Source of the DNA: Octopus sinensis
Lineage: Eukaryota
Assembly (NCBI RefSeq): GCF_006345805.1
Contig: NC_043003.1
Coordinates: 105,028,001-105,092,000 of the forward strand
Length of the DNA stretch: 64,000 bases
Direction: 5' to 3'
A model generated the notes under the pieces. It had not been told where the DNA came from. It searched no databases and saw nothing but the letters and a program-made list of their open reading frames with translations. Positions 36,701 to 49,400 of the stretch are shown piece by piece. The stretch's first letter is position 1; each line of letters starts with the position of its first letter. The position numbers and the translations under genes were made by a program.

Positions 36701-38538
36701 ACCTGGTTAGCTCAGTTTGCTTTGAGTTTTCTGAAAAATGTCACTGTTGAGTTTACAGAAAATTTCGAAGGTGTCTCTACCTCATGAAAGTGTTTTTAGA
36801 GCAGACAATAGGTACATAAAAACACATGAATATGCAGAATATGTACATACAAATGTACACACATAAATAGATGCATATGCACACACATACATGCATACAC
36901 ACACATGCATACATACATGCATGCATAGGCACACACACACACACTGATCCACACACATGCACACAAACAAACAAAAAGGAACACAGTGTAAATAACAGAC
37001 AGAGTCAAAACTATTGAAAAGGTTGCAAGACGCAACGAAAACTTTAGAAAAATAAAAAAGAAATAAGTGGAAATTTTACCGGTGAGTGTATTAAATTATA
37101 AGGCACCAAAAGAGAATGACTTTCCCCAGACACAATAGAATATGCTTCAACACACAAATTCACATAAGGAATCTTGCAAACCAAATCCAAAAACGAAATA
37201 GGTACAACATTAACAAAAAATGATTTCACAGATCTTCACCAATCTATATTGGTTAGGTGTTGATATGTTTTCTGGCTGTTGTCTTCTATATAACAGGTGG
37301 ACTTCAGAAAAAGAGTAAAGATTAAATGCAAAGTATACATAACTCTAATCAACGCCAGACGTTAAAAATGTAGTTTTATGAAATTCCAACTAGAGTTATG
37401 CGAACACGGATGGCTGTTCATTCAAAAGGAGGTAACTATCTCCTCACAGCATCAGAAGGAATTAGAAATTTAAATTTGAAATCAAGGAATACGAAAAAGA
37501 TACAAAAAGTTCACATACCTCGCATATCAGGAAATGTTGCAATTGAACATTGCCTTTCTAGCCATAGTTATTAAATAAACCATCATTGAGTTTCTGTTTG
37601 GAAGCGCTTTGCTCAATACAGCCATTCTCGCATTGTATCTTGTCATTGTATTTGCTTCATGTCCGAAGAAATAAGATAGATATGAGATTTTTGGCCCAGC
37701 TGTTTTAGCGCCGCCTACTTGGCGTCACTAATTCAACACTGACTTATTTGACATCAGATGTTTTAATTTTCACCCTCATTTTAATGTTCCCCCACCACCC
37801 TCTCACAGTCTCAACCTACCCATCTCCATACACACCTCCCTCCCTCCCTACCCACATACATACATATCTATCTATCTATCTATCTGTCTGTCTGTCTGTT
37901 TATGTGTGTGAGCATATTTCCTTTTATCTGTATGAGGAGAGGGATAAGTGTTTATCTCAGTTGTGTCCAATTAATAAACTGTAATGTCTCTACCCTTCTC
38001 TCTCTCACACACAATCTCTATCTGTAAGTGTATATTTCTGAGCACATGCACATATGAGTAAGTGTGTGTATTTACTTCCAGCGCCAAAAATTAGTTGTCA
38101 AAAAAAAGCTTCTATATCCAGTCAACTGTGTCACATTGCTAGCGCCAAAACAGCTGTGCCCAATCGTCCCATATCCTATTATGATATCTCCTGACATCTA
38201 TTATCTTCTCTTTCATTTTCTATTCTTCCAACAACTCATTTTCTTTCCTTTGTTCATCACAAATCTCTTTCTTCTCTGGCTTCTTTTTCTAATATTATAT
38301 ACAGCAGCTCTTTATCATATTTCTTTGCTTTTGACTTTCATTGCCATTGTCTCCTTGCTGTTCTTTACCTAATTTCTTCTAATCTTCTTTACCTTTTGTT
38401 CTCCAGTTTTATTTTGCACTCTCATTGCCGTTCTATATTACGCTACTTTGATTCTGTCTCCATTTTTTTTTTCCCATTAATAACTGTTTCTGATCTTCTC
38501 ACCTACCCCCCTCTCTCTGTACTATATCTCTCCTTGTC

Positions 38539-38565
<27 letters not shown>

Positions 38566-38572
<7 letters not shown>

Positions 38573-39027
38573 TGGTGAATTGAAGAAATGGAGCTGAACG
38601 CAGATTGAACAGAAATCGTTTTATTTCATTCTACACGTGTTTCGAAAGGCACAATTTACCAAAATCCGATTGAATAATGGGACCATATTGTGTCTTTCTC
38701 TGTTTTGTTTTTTCCAACGGATTTCCTATTTTCTTCCTGAAGAGAAAGACACAATATGGTCCCATTATTCAATCGGATTTTGGTAAATTGTGCCTTTCGA
38801 AACACGTGTAGAATGAAATAAAACGATTTCTGTTCAATCTGCGTTCAGCTCCATTTCTTCAATTCACCAATAATATTTTAATTTCAATTATCCGCACCAA
38901 CGCACGGTTGCAACACCATATGGTTGTACCTCCAACCGTGCTGTTTACTGCTGTGATTTTTGCTACTAAGGTATCAGTTAACTTTTGATTAATCTACTAC
39001 AAGATTATTCATCTTTCTATTTCACAT
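38566..39027 (+). mobile_element. Penelope-like/retrozyme-type insertion in (TA)n: element 38702-39027 plus inverted partial copy 38566-38701
   Basis: Perfect 136-bp inverted repeat (38566-38701 vs 38741-38876, 39-bp spacer); (TA)n on both outer sides; hammerhead in the forward copy. Confidence 0.75.
38727..38820 (+). ncRNA. Type-I hammerhead ribozyme, canonical core
   Basis: Helix I tattttcttc/gaatgaaata; CTGAAGA 38737-43; helix II gaaagacacaat/attgtgcctttc (11/12); GAAA 38799-802; helix III ACACGTGT palindrome; GUA triplet 38808-10. Confidence 0.85.
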
Positions 39028-39033
39028 AATATA

Positions 39034-39071
<38 letters not shown>

Positions 39072-39439
39072 AAGTCTCTCTCTCTCACTGCCATCTCATC
39101 CAACCTACCTCGAGTGTCTCTTGAGATCGTTTGAGTCAATGACTTTGAATATCTTCAGCACGTCCTGCTGCTCTTGTATCTGCAGACAGACTTGCTTTAC
39201 AACATCTGTAATCTACTCTTGTTGCTCTACGACGGTTATTTTCTTCTCCAGGATCCCTCTCCTTCCATCATTACTCAATGACTCTTATTTTAAGTCATGC
39301 TTTATTTTTCTCATTTGCTCGCTCATCTCTCTCCATCTCTAATAACTTTTTGTTTCGTTCGTTTATTTTTCTTCCCTCTCTTCTTCTTTTCACAAACACA
39401 GACACACACACACTCATACATCTCTCTTTTTCTCTCTCT

Positions 39440-39471
<32 letters not shown>

Positions 39472-39759
39472 CTATATAATATATATATTATATAATATAT
39501 ATATATTATAATATATATATTTAAAATTATAATTAAGGGTACCTAAAAGATACCACCATGCTAGAGATAGCAGTCAAAACTTGACTCTAAAACCACATCA
39601 AGTATTCATACAGCACCAGGTGGAAAGACAAATAGACAAATAAACTAGCAAAAAATTATTGGATAATCCCAGATCTACAGTTCTATATTTAAGAGATAAG
39701 GAATTATGTACATTATTTACATTATTTACAATTGAAGGATATTTGTCCTCATCTTGTTT

Positions 39760-40060
39760 GTTGTTAACACGAGATGTTTGGAGTTCTGATAAAAGTTTTC
39801 AAACCTTTGTTCTCAGATTTTGTTCAACCAAAGCATTTAATCCATCGTGTCAAATAACTGATTTTGGTCTACCCCTTGGTTTATTTTCAAGGTTATTATT
39901 TCCTGAACAAGAGCTTTGGAACCATCTCTGAACAGTTCTGATGTCAACAAAACCATTACCAAAGGCCCGCTTGATATACTGTAGAGCTTCTGCAACAGAG
40001 TGACCCAGTTTGTACTCCTCCGAGAAAATCACTCAACAGAGTTTGGCTGTTATCATTTTC
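39760..40060 (-). pseudogene. Mariner transposase N-terminal fragment (different family from 17978)
   Basis: EYKLGHSVAEALQYIKRAFGNGFVDIRTVQRWFQSSCSGNNNLENKPRGRPKSV: mariner HTH plus GRP motif. Confidence 0.8.
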
Positions 40061-41924
40061 ATAAGGTCTGTGTGTACGAATTTTATATACCAATATTGTT
40101 GGGAAAGAAAAAGAGTAAAGATTAAATGCAAGGCATACATAATTGAGTTTTTAAATGACTGAAATAACAAGTAATTAAAAATGCAACATTTCATGTGAAA
40201 CAACCTATTATATGTTTTACATACATTTATATTTTTCTTTAATTTTTGCCTTTTGTCTTCTTACTTTACTTTTTATTTTTATGTTATTTTATTTTATCTT
40301 TACTTGCATCAATAATTCACTAGCTAAATCTCTCTTTTACTCTTTTACTTGTTTCAGTCATTTGACTGCGGCCATGCTGGAGTACCGCCTTTAATCGAGC
40401 AACTCGACCCCGGGACTTATTCTTTTTGTAAGCCCAGTACTTATTCTATCGGTCTCTTTTGCCGAACCGCTAAGTGACGGGGACGTAAACACACCAGCAT
40501 TGGTTGTCAAGCAATGCTAGGGGGATAAACACAGACACACAAACATACGCATACATAATTATATATACATATATACGACAGGCTTCTTTCAGTTTCCGTC
40601 TACCAAATCCACTCACAAGGCATTGGTCGGCCCAGGCCTATAGCAGAAGACACTTGCCCAAGATGCCACGCAGTGGGACTGAACCCGGAACCATGTGGTT
40701 GGTTAGCAAGCTACTTACCACACAGCCACTACATATGCATAATATATATTATCTAACTTCTTAAACTTGTTAGTAATTCGCATGCATCCTTTCAAGAAAT
40801 ATGTTAACCTTTGTTGTATAAAGCCCTGATCAGATTCTGCCCCACATAGTTGAAAACCCTGACCAATTCTTAGCATACGATGCTACCCAAATGCTTAGAA
40901 TTACAAATCACATTGGCGCATGAATCGAAACAAATATGTAGATCTTTGGCATCTGCCATTTCTTCTTTTGAGCTTTATAATGTATGATTTATTTGTCTTG
41001 TTTTTATAAATAACTTTCAACCTCATAATATCTTACAAATCAATTAATTATACATCCCTAATTCTCCATTTTCTATCTTTCATTACATATACATATATAC
41101 ACACATATACACCACCACACATATATACACACACATAGACACATATATGTATATATGATGATGATGATATATGCACACATATATACACACATATATATAT
41201 ATAATACATATATGCATACATACATATATACATACACACACTTATATGTATGCACATGTGTGTGTATGCATATATATATATATATACATACATGTGTGTG
41301 TATATATACATATATATATGTATGTGTGTGTGTATATACATAAATATATATATATATATACACACATACACATACATATATATATATATATATTACACAC
41401 ACACATACATACACACACGCACACACACACACATACATACACACACAAACACACACCACACATATAGACATACACACATCAAGTCAAGTAGTCAAATAGT
41501 GTTTATATATAGTGTAAATTTCACATCCGCTCCAATAGGTTTTTTGTTGTGTCTTTCGACACGATTTTCCTCTCAGGTTTGTCAACCTCAGTTGACTTAT
41601 CTGTCTGTGCCATATTTATAGTGTCAGATGATATGACATACAGTATTTAGTTCCAACCCTTTCGTCCTCAGCTCAAATCACACCAAATTTGCCTTTCATC
41701 CTCCCAAGGAATGCCAGGCTTAGGCATAAGCCAAACAAGCTACTTACTTAGTCCTTCAGAATCTACAGAAACATCTCTTTTCAAATGTTGTGACTTCTTC
41801 TGGGGTAATTTTTTAACAAGAGGCCTCTCCAAATCCTTTGAAGGTTAAGACTTCACCATCTACAGATCCCCTGCATTGCTTCAAAGGTCGATAAAATAAA
41901 ACACCAGTCAACTACTAGGTCGAC

Positions 41925-42210
41925 TTCATCATCATCTTTTAACGTCTGCTTTCCGTGTTAGCATGGGTTGGACGATTTGACTGAGGGCTAGCAAACCAGA
42001 TGGCTGCACCAGGCTCCAATCTTGATCTGGCAGAGTTTCTACAGCTGGATGCCCTTCCTAATGCCAACCACTTTAAAAGTGTAGTGGGTGCTTTTATGTG
42101 CCACCGGCACGGGGACCAGTCAGGCCATACTGGTAACGACCTTGCTCGAATCTTTTTACACATGCCACCGGCACAGGTGCCAGTAAGGTGATGCTGGTAA
42201 CGATCACGCT
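41925..42210 (-). mobile_element. 3' end of an RTE-type LINE or RTE-mobilised SINE
   Basis: (CAT)n tail on plus strand followed by ggatgcccttcctaatgccaacc, typical of RTE 3' UTRs read in reverse. Confidence 0.6.
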
Positions 42211-43418
42211 CTGTAATGTTACCTATTGGTTCTGGTGGTGGAAGGAAATGTCAGACTTGCAGATTATGTTCTCTGATTGCCAGGAAAACGAATACCTAAG
42301 ACAGCTAAACAATGCGGACCAGCAGAGGGATGAAGGAAGAGATGGAGGTGTATGAAGACATGGCAACTGAGCATCATCCGGAATGATGCAGACAGCTATA
42401 CTCAAAACCAGGACTACTGCAGACATCTTTCTACGCAATGTGCAGGCCAGCTGTATGGAAGGAACTGAGACTAAGGGTAAGAATGTTTTCTAAGTGAATG
42501 AGAGGGGAGGAGGGGGAAAGAAGTAGAAGGAAAAGGAGGTGGAAGTGGAGGAGGATTAAATGAAGTGAAAGAAAGAAGAAATGAAAAGAAAAAATCTTTC
42601 TGTTAATGCAACAAAAACAAAAACAGCAGCAACAACAATGCTGCAGTGAAAATGTCTCGAATATTTCAATTAATATTGATCAATAAAATAGCTTTTTAAT
42701 AAAATACATAGATTCGTAAGAACGAAAAAGAATCAGAGACTGATGTTTTAGTGAGTGTTAGTGCACTAACCTAGCTAGAGTGTGTGCTGCCCATGGTGGC
42801 CCTTCCGTTTGTTGCCCCTGAAACCTACAAAAAACACATATTGCCAACAACAGACCCAAAAATGCTGTCCCTTTGAAAGTGCCAGCTGAGTTGGACCGCC
42901 CCTACCACACCCCCTAGCGATGCTTGTGTGTGTGTGTGTGTGTATTTGGTTGTTAAATCTCATGTTGGCCTTGATCGAGCAGAGCTGATCTAGGATCAAA
43001 AGTGTTCCAGTAATGACCATCCAATCATATTTTGTTCTCATCCTGCATCTAATACTGTATTATTCAATACAATCTTTGATATCACTTTTAAGATAGAAGA
43101 GAAGAATTTCTAAGAAATTTAGCTGTTGTTTCTAAGAACTCAAATGATCACATAGAACTCCTCCCACAAATAGACAAGAACGGTGAGAGAGGTGTTCAGA
43201 GAGGCCCAGAAAACCAAGGTGTAGTCTGTAATTATTTGAAAGGTCAAATCCATTAAAAGAAAAGAAGAAAACTAGAGGATAGCTACAGTTTCTTTGAATT
43301 CTGAGATGAGAGACTCCTTCAAACTTAGAGGCCCAAAAGCAAAGTTCTTCAACCTTACAAAAGTAAAAGTTTCTTTTGATCTGTGCCAGTCATATCCGCA
43401 ATCATTTGGTCTCCCGGA

Positions 43419-43975
43419 GGCGAAATTTTTTTCCCCACGAGAGTTCCGGACCCCAGTTATGAACTCATTTGCATACAGCTAATCAGAACTCAACAATCAA
43501 ACTAATTTATGAGCGTATAACAAGTGACGGGCGATAAGATAAGGTCACTTGGGTAAGGAATGACCATGTTTCTTTTCTCTTTTAAGAATGATTGTTGTTC
43601 TGGTTCTTTTTCCAACCATGGCTGCCTCTGCATAGTTATGTTGTTGTTTACTTTATAAAGCAGAAAAGGGAGGGGATTGCTAGCACATCACCCTCTACCC
43701 ACATTTTCCCCATCCACATCATTACCATATGGGGCCCTAACAAAATCCGATAATAGGTATAGATACAAATCTATCTAATTACTTGTCTCCTTCTAAAATC
43801 AGGCATAACTTGGTGATTGGTCGACTTACAACAGCGTTCTTCGTCTTGAGTTTACTTGGTAGAGTGTGTTCATTAACTTGACAACGAGGTCAAGGTGAGC
43901 TCTGATTGGCTGTATGCAAATGAGTTCATTGCTGGAGTCTGGAACTGTTGTGCGAAAAAATTTCACCCCCGACCC
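43419..43975. mobile_element. Copy of the 2651 MITE in reverse orientation, split by a ~300 bp insertion
   Basis: 43419-43520 and ~43835-43975 match the two halves of 2651-2861 reversed (cccacgagagttccggacc; gttcttcgtcttgagtttacttggtagagtgtg). Confidence 0.7.
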
Positions 43976-44457
43976 CAAAGTCCCTGTGTAAAGGTATGTA
44001 TGTATGTATGTAGGGTGAGGTGATGAATATCTGCACATGCGTGTTTAAAAGTCGAAGCCATTTTCTCTGTGTTTTTGGATTTGTTAGTTCAGGAATGCAC
44101 GGCAGAATATCATTCTGATCAATGTCTACTGACTTGGAAGTCAAACCACCCAAAGGTCAACTTAACCTTTTATCAAACAAGATGAGTAACTGTTATAACT
44201 TGACAACTGATCAAATAAGCCAGATTACATTAAGATGATATCTTATAGCATCTATTAACCATTTAGGAGTGCAGAAACCAAACCAATGTTCAAATTTGTG
44301 TCTGTACATCCTCGACGTATCCTTGGGTGCTTGCTTATACATACATACATACATGTGTGTGTAGTGTTTCTATGCACACATACTCACACACACACATTCA
44401 TACATATATATTATGCAATACTATTCATATATATATATATATATACATGTGTATGTG

Positions 44458-44489
<32 letters not shown>

Positions 44490-44499
44490 TGCATATATG

Positions 44500-45078
44500 G
44501 GTACAGGACGTCACCAACAGTAAACAACATGAAATACGAAAACAAATAAGTTCAATACGCAATCAACAAAAGAAACAAATGGAAAACAGGGCAAGTAACA
44601 AAAAGAACGACCCTTCATCAATTGTCGGCTGTCTTTCAACTCCTCATTTCGAACATTGAACGACTATATGAGTCTTCAAAGACAGTTGTTCTCATAAGTA
44701 CCAAAATAAAATTTGGGATTTTATGGAGGGTCAAAGTTGGGAACAAAAAGCAGGACAGTGGAGATATACAAAGAAACCAAACGAAAACAAATAAGGAGGG
44801 TCGTTAGACCTGAACGAGGGTAAAATAGCGAACGCTGGAGAAATATTTTCTTTGACAATAGAAAAGATTGAAGAGAGAGATCTTTTTGATGCGACTTTAC
44901 TCTATACTGTTTTCTCCCCCTATCATTTTCTCTTGTCAAAGAAAATATTTCTCCAGCGTTCGCTATTTTACCCTCGTTCTGCTCTAACGACACTCCATGT
45001 TTATTTTCGTTTGGTTTCCTTGTATGTCTCCACTGTCCTGTTTTTGTTGCCAACTTTGACCCTCCATAAACCCGAAAT
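44500..45078. mobile_element. Repeat element with diverged partial inverted duplication, ending at (TA)n
   Basis: Arms 44711-44865 and 44926-45078 are reverse complements (~85-90% by eye), ~60 bp spacer. Confidence 0.7.
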
Positions 45079-45093
45079 ATATATATATATACA

Positions 45094-45619
45094 TCTCTAA
45101 TATAAAATCCGTTCTGTCTGTCTGTGTGTGTGTCTTCTACGATCTCGGGCATCCTCCATTCGATTGCGCTCAAATTTGATATGTAGATACCGACGGTATC
45201 AGGGCGTGTATAAGTCTTGAAAAAATTACAAAAATCGATTCCAGATGAGAATGCGATCGATAAAGCCGTGGGAACGTGCATTTGTACGCGCAAGTACATC
45301 AGCTGTTGTGATCGATACTACGCGTACGCGAGAAAAATGCACTGTTTATAATATGTTTGTGTTCTCCCAGTCAACAGCCTTATCATTACTGGTACTTTAA
45401 ACTCTTCGGTTGCATATTTGTGTGAATAAAATCGTTTTTCTTTGGAATAGAAAAAAAGTCTATCTTTATTTCTTCTTTTGCTGGTGTCTCAAAGTAAGGT
45501 TTAATCAGTGTTTCTCAAAGGGGTGGCCTACGGGACGGTCGGACAAGTTGTTTTGAGAAAATTTGGTTTAAATGTTTAACAACTCAGCACCGTCCGTTGG
45601 ACGGGGTGGCGTTTTGCTC

Positions 45620-45620
<1 letters not shown>
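45094..45620 (+). mobile_element. Non-autonomous Helitron, 527 bp, CTCG 3' end
   Basis: A|TCTCTAATATAAAA 5' end; ccgtcc-gtt-ggacgg hairpin 12 nt before CTCG|T. Confidence 0.8.
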
Positions 45621-45682
<62 letters not shown>

Positions 45683-45693
45683 ATATTATATAT

Positions 45694-45739
<46 letters not shown>

Positions 45740-45827
45740 ATATGATTTTGATTTGATTTTGATTTTGATTTTCCAGTTTCAGCTAATGAGCTGTGGCCAT
45801 GCTGGGGCACCGCCATTTATATATACA

Positions 45828-46353
45828 TCTCTAATATAAAATCCGTTCTGTCTGTCTGTGTGTGTGTGTTCTACGATCTCGGGCATCCTCCATTCGATTG
45901 CGCTCAAATTTGATATGTAGATACCGACGGTATCAGGGCGTGTATAAGTCTTGAAAACATTACAAAAATCGATTCCAGATGAGAATGCAATCGATAAAGC
46001 CGTGGGAACGTGCATTTGTACGCGCAAGTACATCAGCTGTTGCGATCGATACTACGCGTACGCGAGAAAAATGCACTGTTTATAATATGTTTGTGTTCTC
46101 CCAGTCAACAGCCTTATCATTACTGGTACTTTAAACTCTTCGGTTGCATATTTGTGTGAATAAAATCGTTTTTCTTTGGAATAGAAAAAAAGTCTATCTT
46201 TATTTCTTCTTTTGCTGGTGTCTCAAAGTAAGGTTTAATCAGTGTTTCTCAAAGGGGTGGCCTACGGGACAGTCGGACAAGTCGTTTTGAGAAAATTTGG
46301 TTTAAATGTTTAACAACTCAGCACCGTCCGTTGGACGGGGTGGCGTTTTGCTC

Positions 46354-46354
<1 letters not shown>
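45828..46354 (+). mobile_element. Second copy of the 527-bp Helitron
   Basis: Same termini and length; about 6 substitutions versus 45094-45620. Confidence 0.8.
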
Positions 46355-46440
<86 letters not shown>

Positions 46441-49400
46441 TATATATATCCCAGATGAACCTATATCAAGGCAGGAAACCCTAAAGAGGGCAGCGATATC
46501 GAACCCTCTCCTTCACCAAAAGCCAAACCCATAGATTTAGCCAATTGAAAGATGAATACAATGGCGGTGCCTCAGCATGGCCGCAACCTGAAGGCTAAAA
46601 TATATAACTATAAGTGTGTGTGTGTGTGTGTGTGTGTACACACACTCATAGTTAAAAGACGGTTCGGCGAACGGTTCTTAGAATTACGAATAATGTTTTC
46701 AATTATTGTTTCTAAAATGTATTGGATCCAAACTGTTTATACGCTTAATGTTATCAAGTTATCCATCAGTTATTGCTATCAAAAAGCTTAGTCCCAAGAT
46801 GATCACAATAAACGGCTTCCATTGCATAATTGTGATAATAAGATAGATAGATAGATACATACATACATACTTACATACACACATATATACGTACATACGT
46901 ACATACGTACATACATACATACATACATACATAGGCAGACATACAGACACAAATGGACAGAGAGCCAGATAGATTGATAAATAGGTAAACAAATACGGGA
47001 GTGAAAAATGATTTTCGTGCTTTTAGTGTGCAAGCATTTATAAATGTACGAACGCAGATAGTTATGAAGAAATTATGAAGGCTTATATAAGTATACAGGT
47101 TAGTATAAAGAATAAAGTCTTTTGGCGAACAATCGAAATTGGATCATAGACTTGGTCGACAACGAACTCAAATCTCCAGCCTCCACAGACAAACACTTAT
47201 TCATTATTCGTATATTATAGGATGAGGGTAAGATTCTTTTTAGCTAACCGAATCCGTGACCTATTTTCGTTTCGTTCTGAGAAAAGCATCACTGTCACGT
47301 TCCCTCCTCCCACAAAATTTTTTAGGTCATATAATGTTGTAAGGAAGTTATTTGTGGTATAAACACTGCAGCGTTTTTGGTGTATCACTAATTTGGCTAT
47401 GTTGACATTTTCAAATTAGCTCATTAATTAGCTAAATAGGAAGATGAAAACCCGAACAAGAACTACCATGTTTGATGGCATAAAAGACACAGAGATGTTA
47501 GATACACTTCACTTTCAACAGAACATATTTAAGAAAAAATAGCTTGAAGAGCATTAAAGCTGTTGAGAGACCCCAACTTCGGATATATGATTTGGGGTGA
47601 TTTAAATTTTCTATTTTCTTGCAAATAGTTTGAGAAGAAAGTGCGTTTTGCATATAATCAAATATGGTAATTGATAACAGAATATTGATTTCAAATCTTG
47701 GCACCTGGTCAGCAATTTCGGAAGGGGGGCTAAGTCGATGACTTATCGATCCCGAAAGTATAAAAGTCGAAGTGAACCTCGGCCGAATTTGAACACAGAA
47801 TGTAACATTGATAAGTGAATATTAAATGAGAACTTACCTTAATCATAATGGCTATTTTTGGTCACCGTTAAAGTCGTTGTGTTTATGGTCAATCAGGTGT
47901 GTCGATACCTACCTGAATTGAATCAGATAACTGGCGGTTGGTTAACTCAGGCGTAAACAGTAACGATAAAAAGGCGGACACTCCATAACTGACAAAAGTT
48001 TCATTAGCTCACAGTGTTGGCTTCAAATCAAACCCTCCAATGAAATATCGGAATGAATGCAAATATAACTCGCAACATAGTATTTATTACCGAAGGCTCA
48101 AACGGCGATAAGTTGGAAGAAACAGCACAGCGTCGCGAAGCCTAATTTGTTTTTCCCTGCGTCGAGAAAAATAAAACAGGCGTTGATTTTGTCCACTCTA
48201 TCCGTCGAAATCAACGACTTTTTCTACCCAGAGTATAAATTTATATTTATACTTATAATCAATGGTGCTCCTAGTTTTGTTAATGTTTTCGAAGAATAAC
48301 ATCATTGAAAATTTGAGATTTTCTAACAAATAAATACTTTACGGTATATCTCCCAGTTTTAACATTTTAATTTCAAGTCCCACCTGCATGGAAAAGGCAA
48401 CGGGGGAGACCACGCCAGAATTCATCCCAAGCCTAGCCATGGCAGCCGAAATTCCAGTAATCTACTAAACAACAACAACAACAGGGGAAGGTACGGACTC
48501 TTCCAGGTCGTATAGAGAGTACCGAGGAAGGTTCACAAGCACAGGACCGGCCCAAGGTCAGACCATCAGTAGACTGAACAAAAGAAAGAGAGGCAAACAA
48601 ACTCGTATTCTGCAAATTAAATTTGTTAGTGAAACTGTGGAAATACTCACAAATCTTTTCTGAAATCCCAATAAATATTTAATGTCTGGTATTTATTGCC
48701 TCAGCCTCTTTAGAGATACGAAAACACAAGGCAGACACAAGACAAAGAAGTTGTAGAGAGCTGTGTAATCGATTATATTGATTTCATAACTTATTTCATC
48801 AACTCTGAAGAGATGAAAGGCAAAGTTGACTGCGACGTGATTTGAACTCAGATGATAGCCCTTTACAGGTGTTATTGTGTAAATTCCAATAAAGTAAAAT
48901 TCAATTAATTGGAGAGACGGGGACTATGGCTACATCATTGAATCAAACTATGGTAGAACCCCATATGGAAGAAGAATTCCTTTTATAGTGAAGAACGTAT
49001 GTCCAAATGATACATTTATATTTACTTGGAAGAATTCGCTGGATAGAAGAGTGTTTTTTGTGGGTGGGAGGCTGTGAGGATGGTAAAGAAGACGGAGAGA
49101 CATTGGCATCTTGATATAGTTTTACTTGTTTCAGTCTTTGGACTGAGGAAACAACTTTGAAGGATTTTAGTCAATATTTGTGACTTTAAAAAAAAAAGTC
49201 TGATACTTATTCTGTCTGTCTCTTTGCCGAAATGTTAAGTCACCGGGACGTAAACAAACCAGCACCAGCCGATAAGCAATGGTAGGGACGACGAACACAG
49301 ACACAAAAAAACTTGGGTGTACGCACACATTTACTTATACACACACACACACACACAATATGTTTGCGCGCGCGTGTGTGTGTGCGTGTGTGTGACGAAT

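Noticed and set aside
46448-46500. Hammerhead near-miss CAGATGA...GAAA CCCT aaag AGGG after (TA)n
   Set aside because: U4 and U16.1 are missing and helix II does not abut GAAA; too many deviations
48800-48850. CTGAAGAG...GAAAGG hammerhead-like string
   Set aside because: It is a mutated SINE B body (ccgaaaggatgaaaggcaaagt) with no helices
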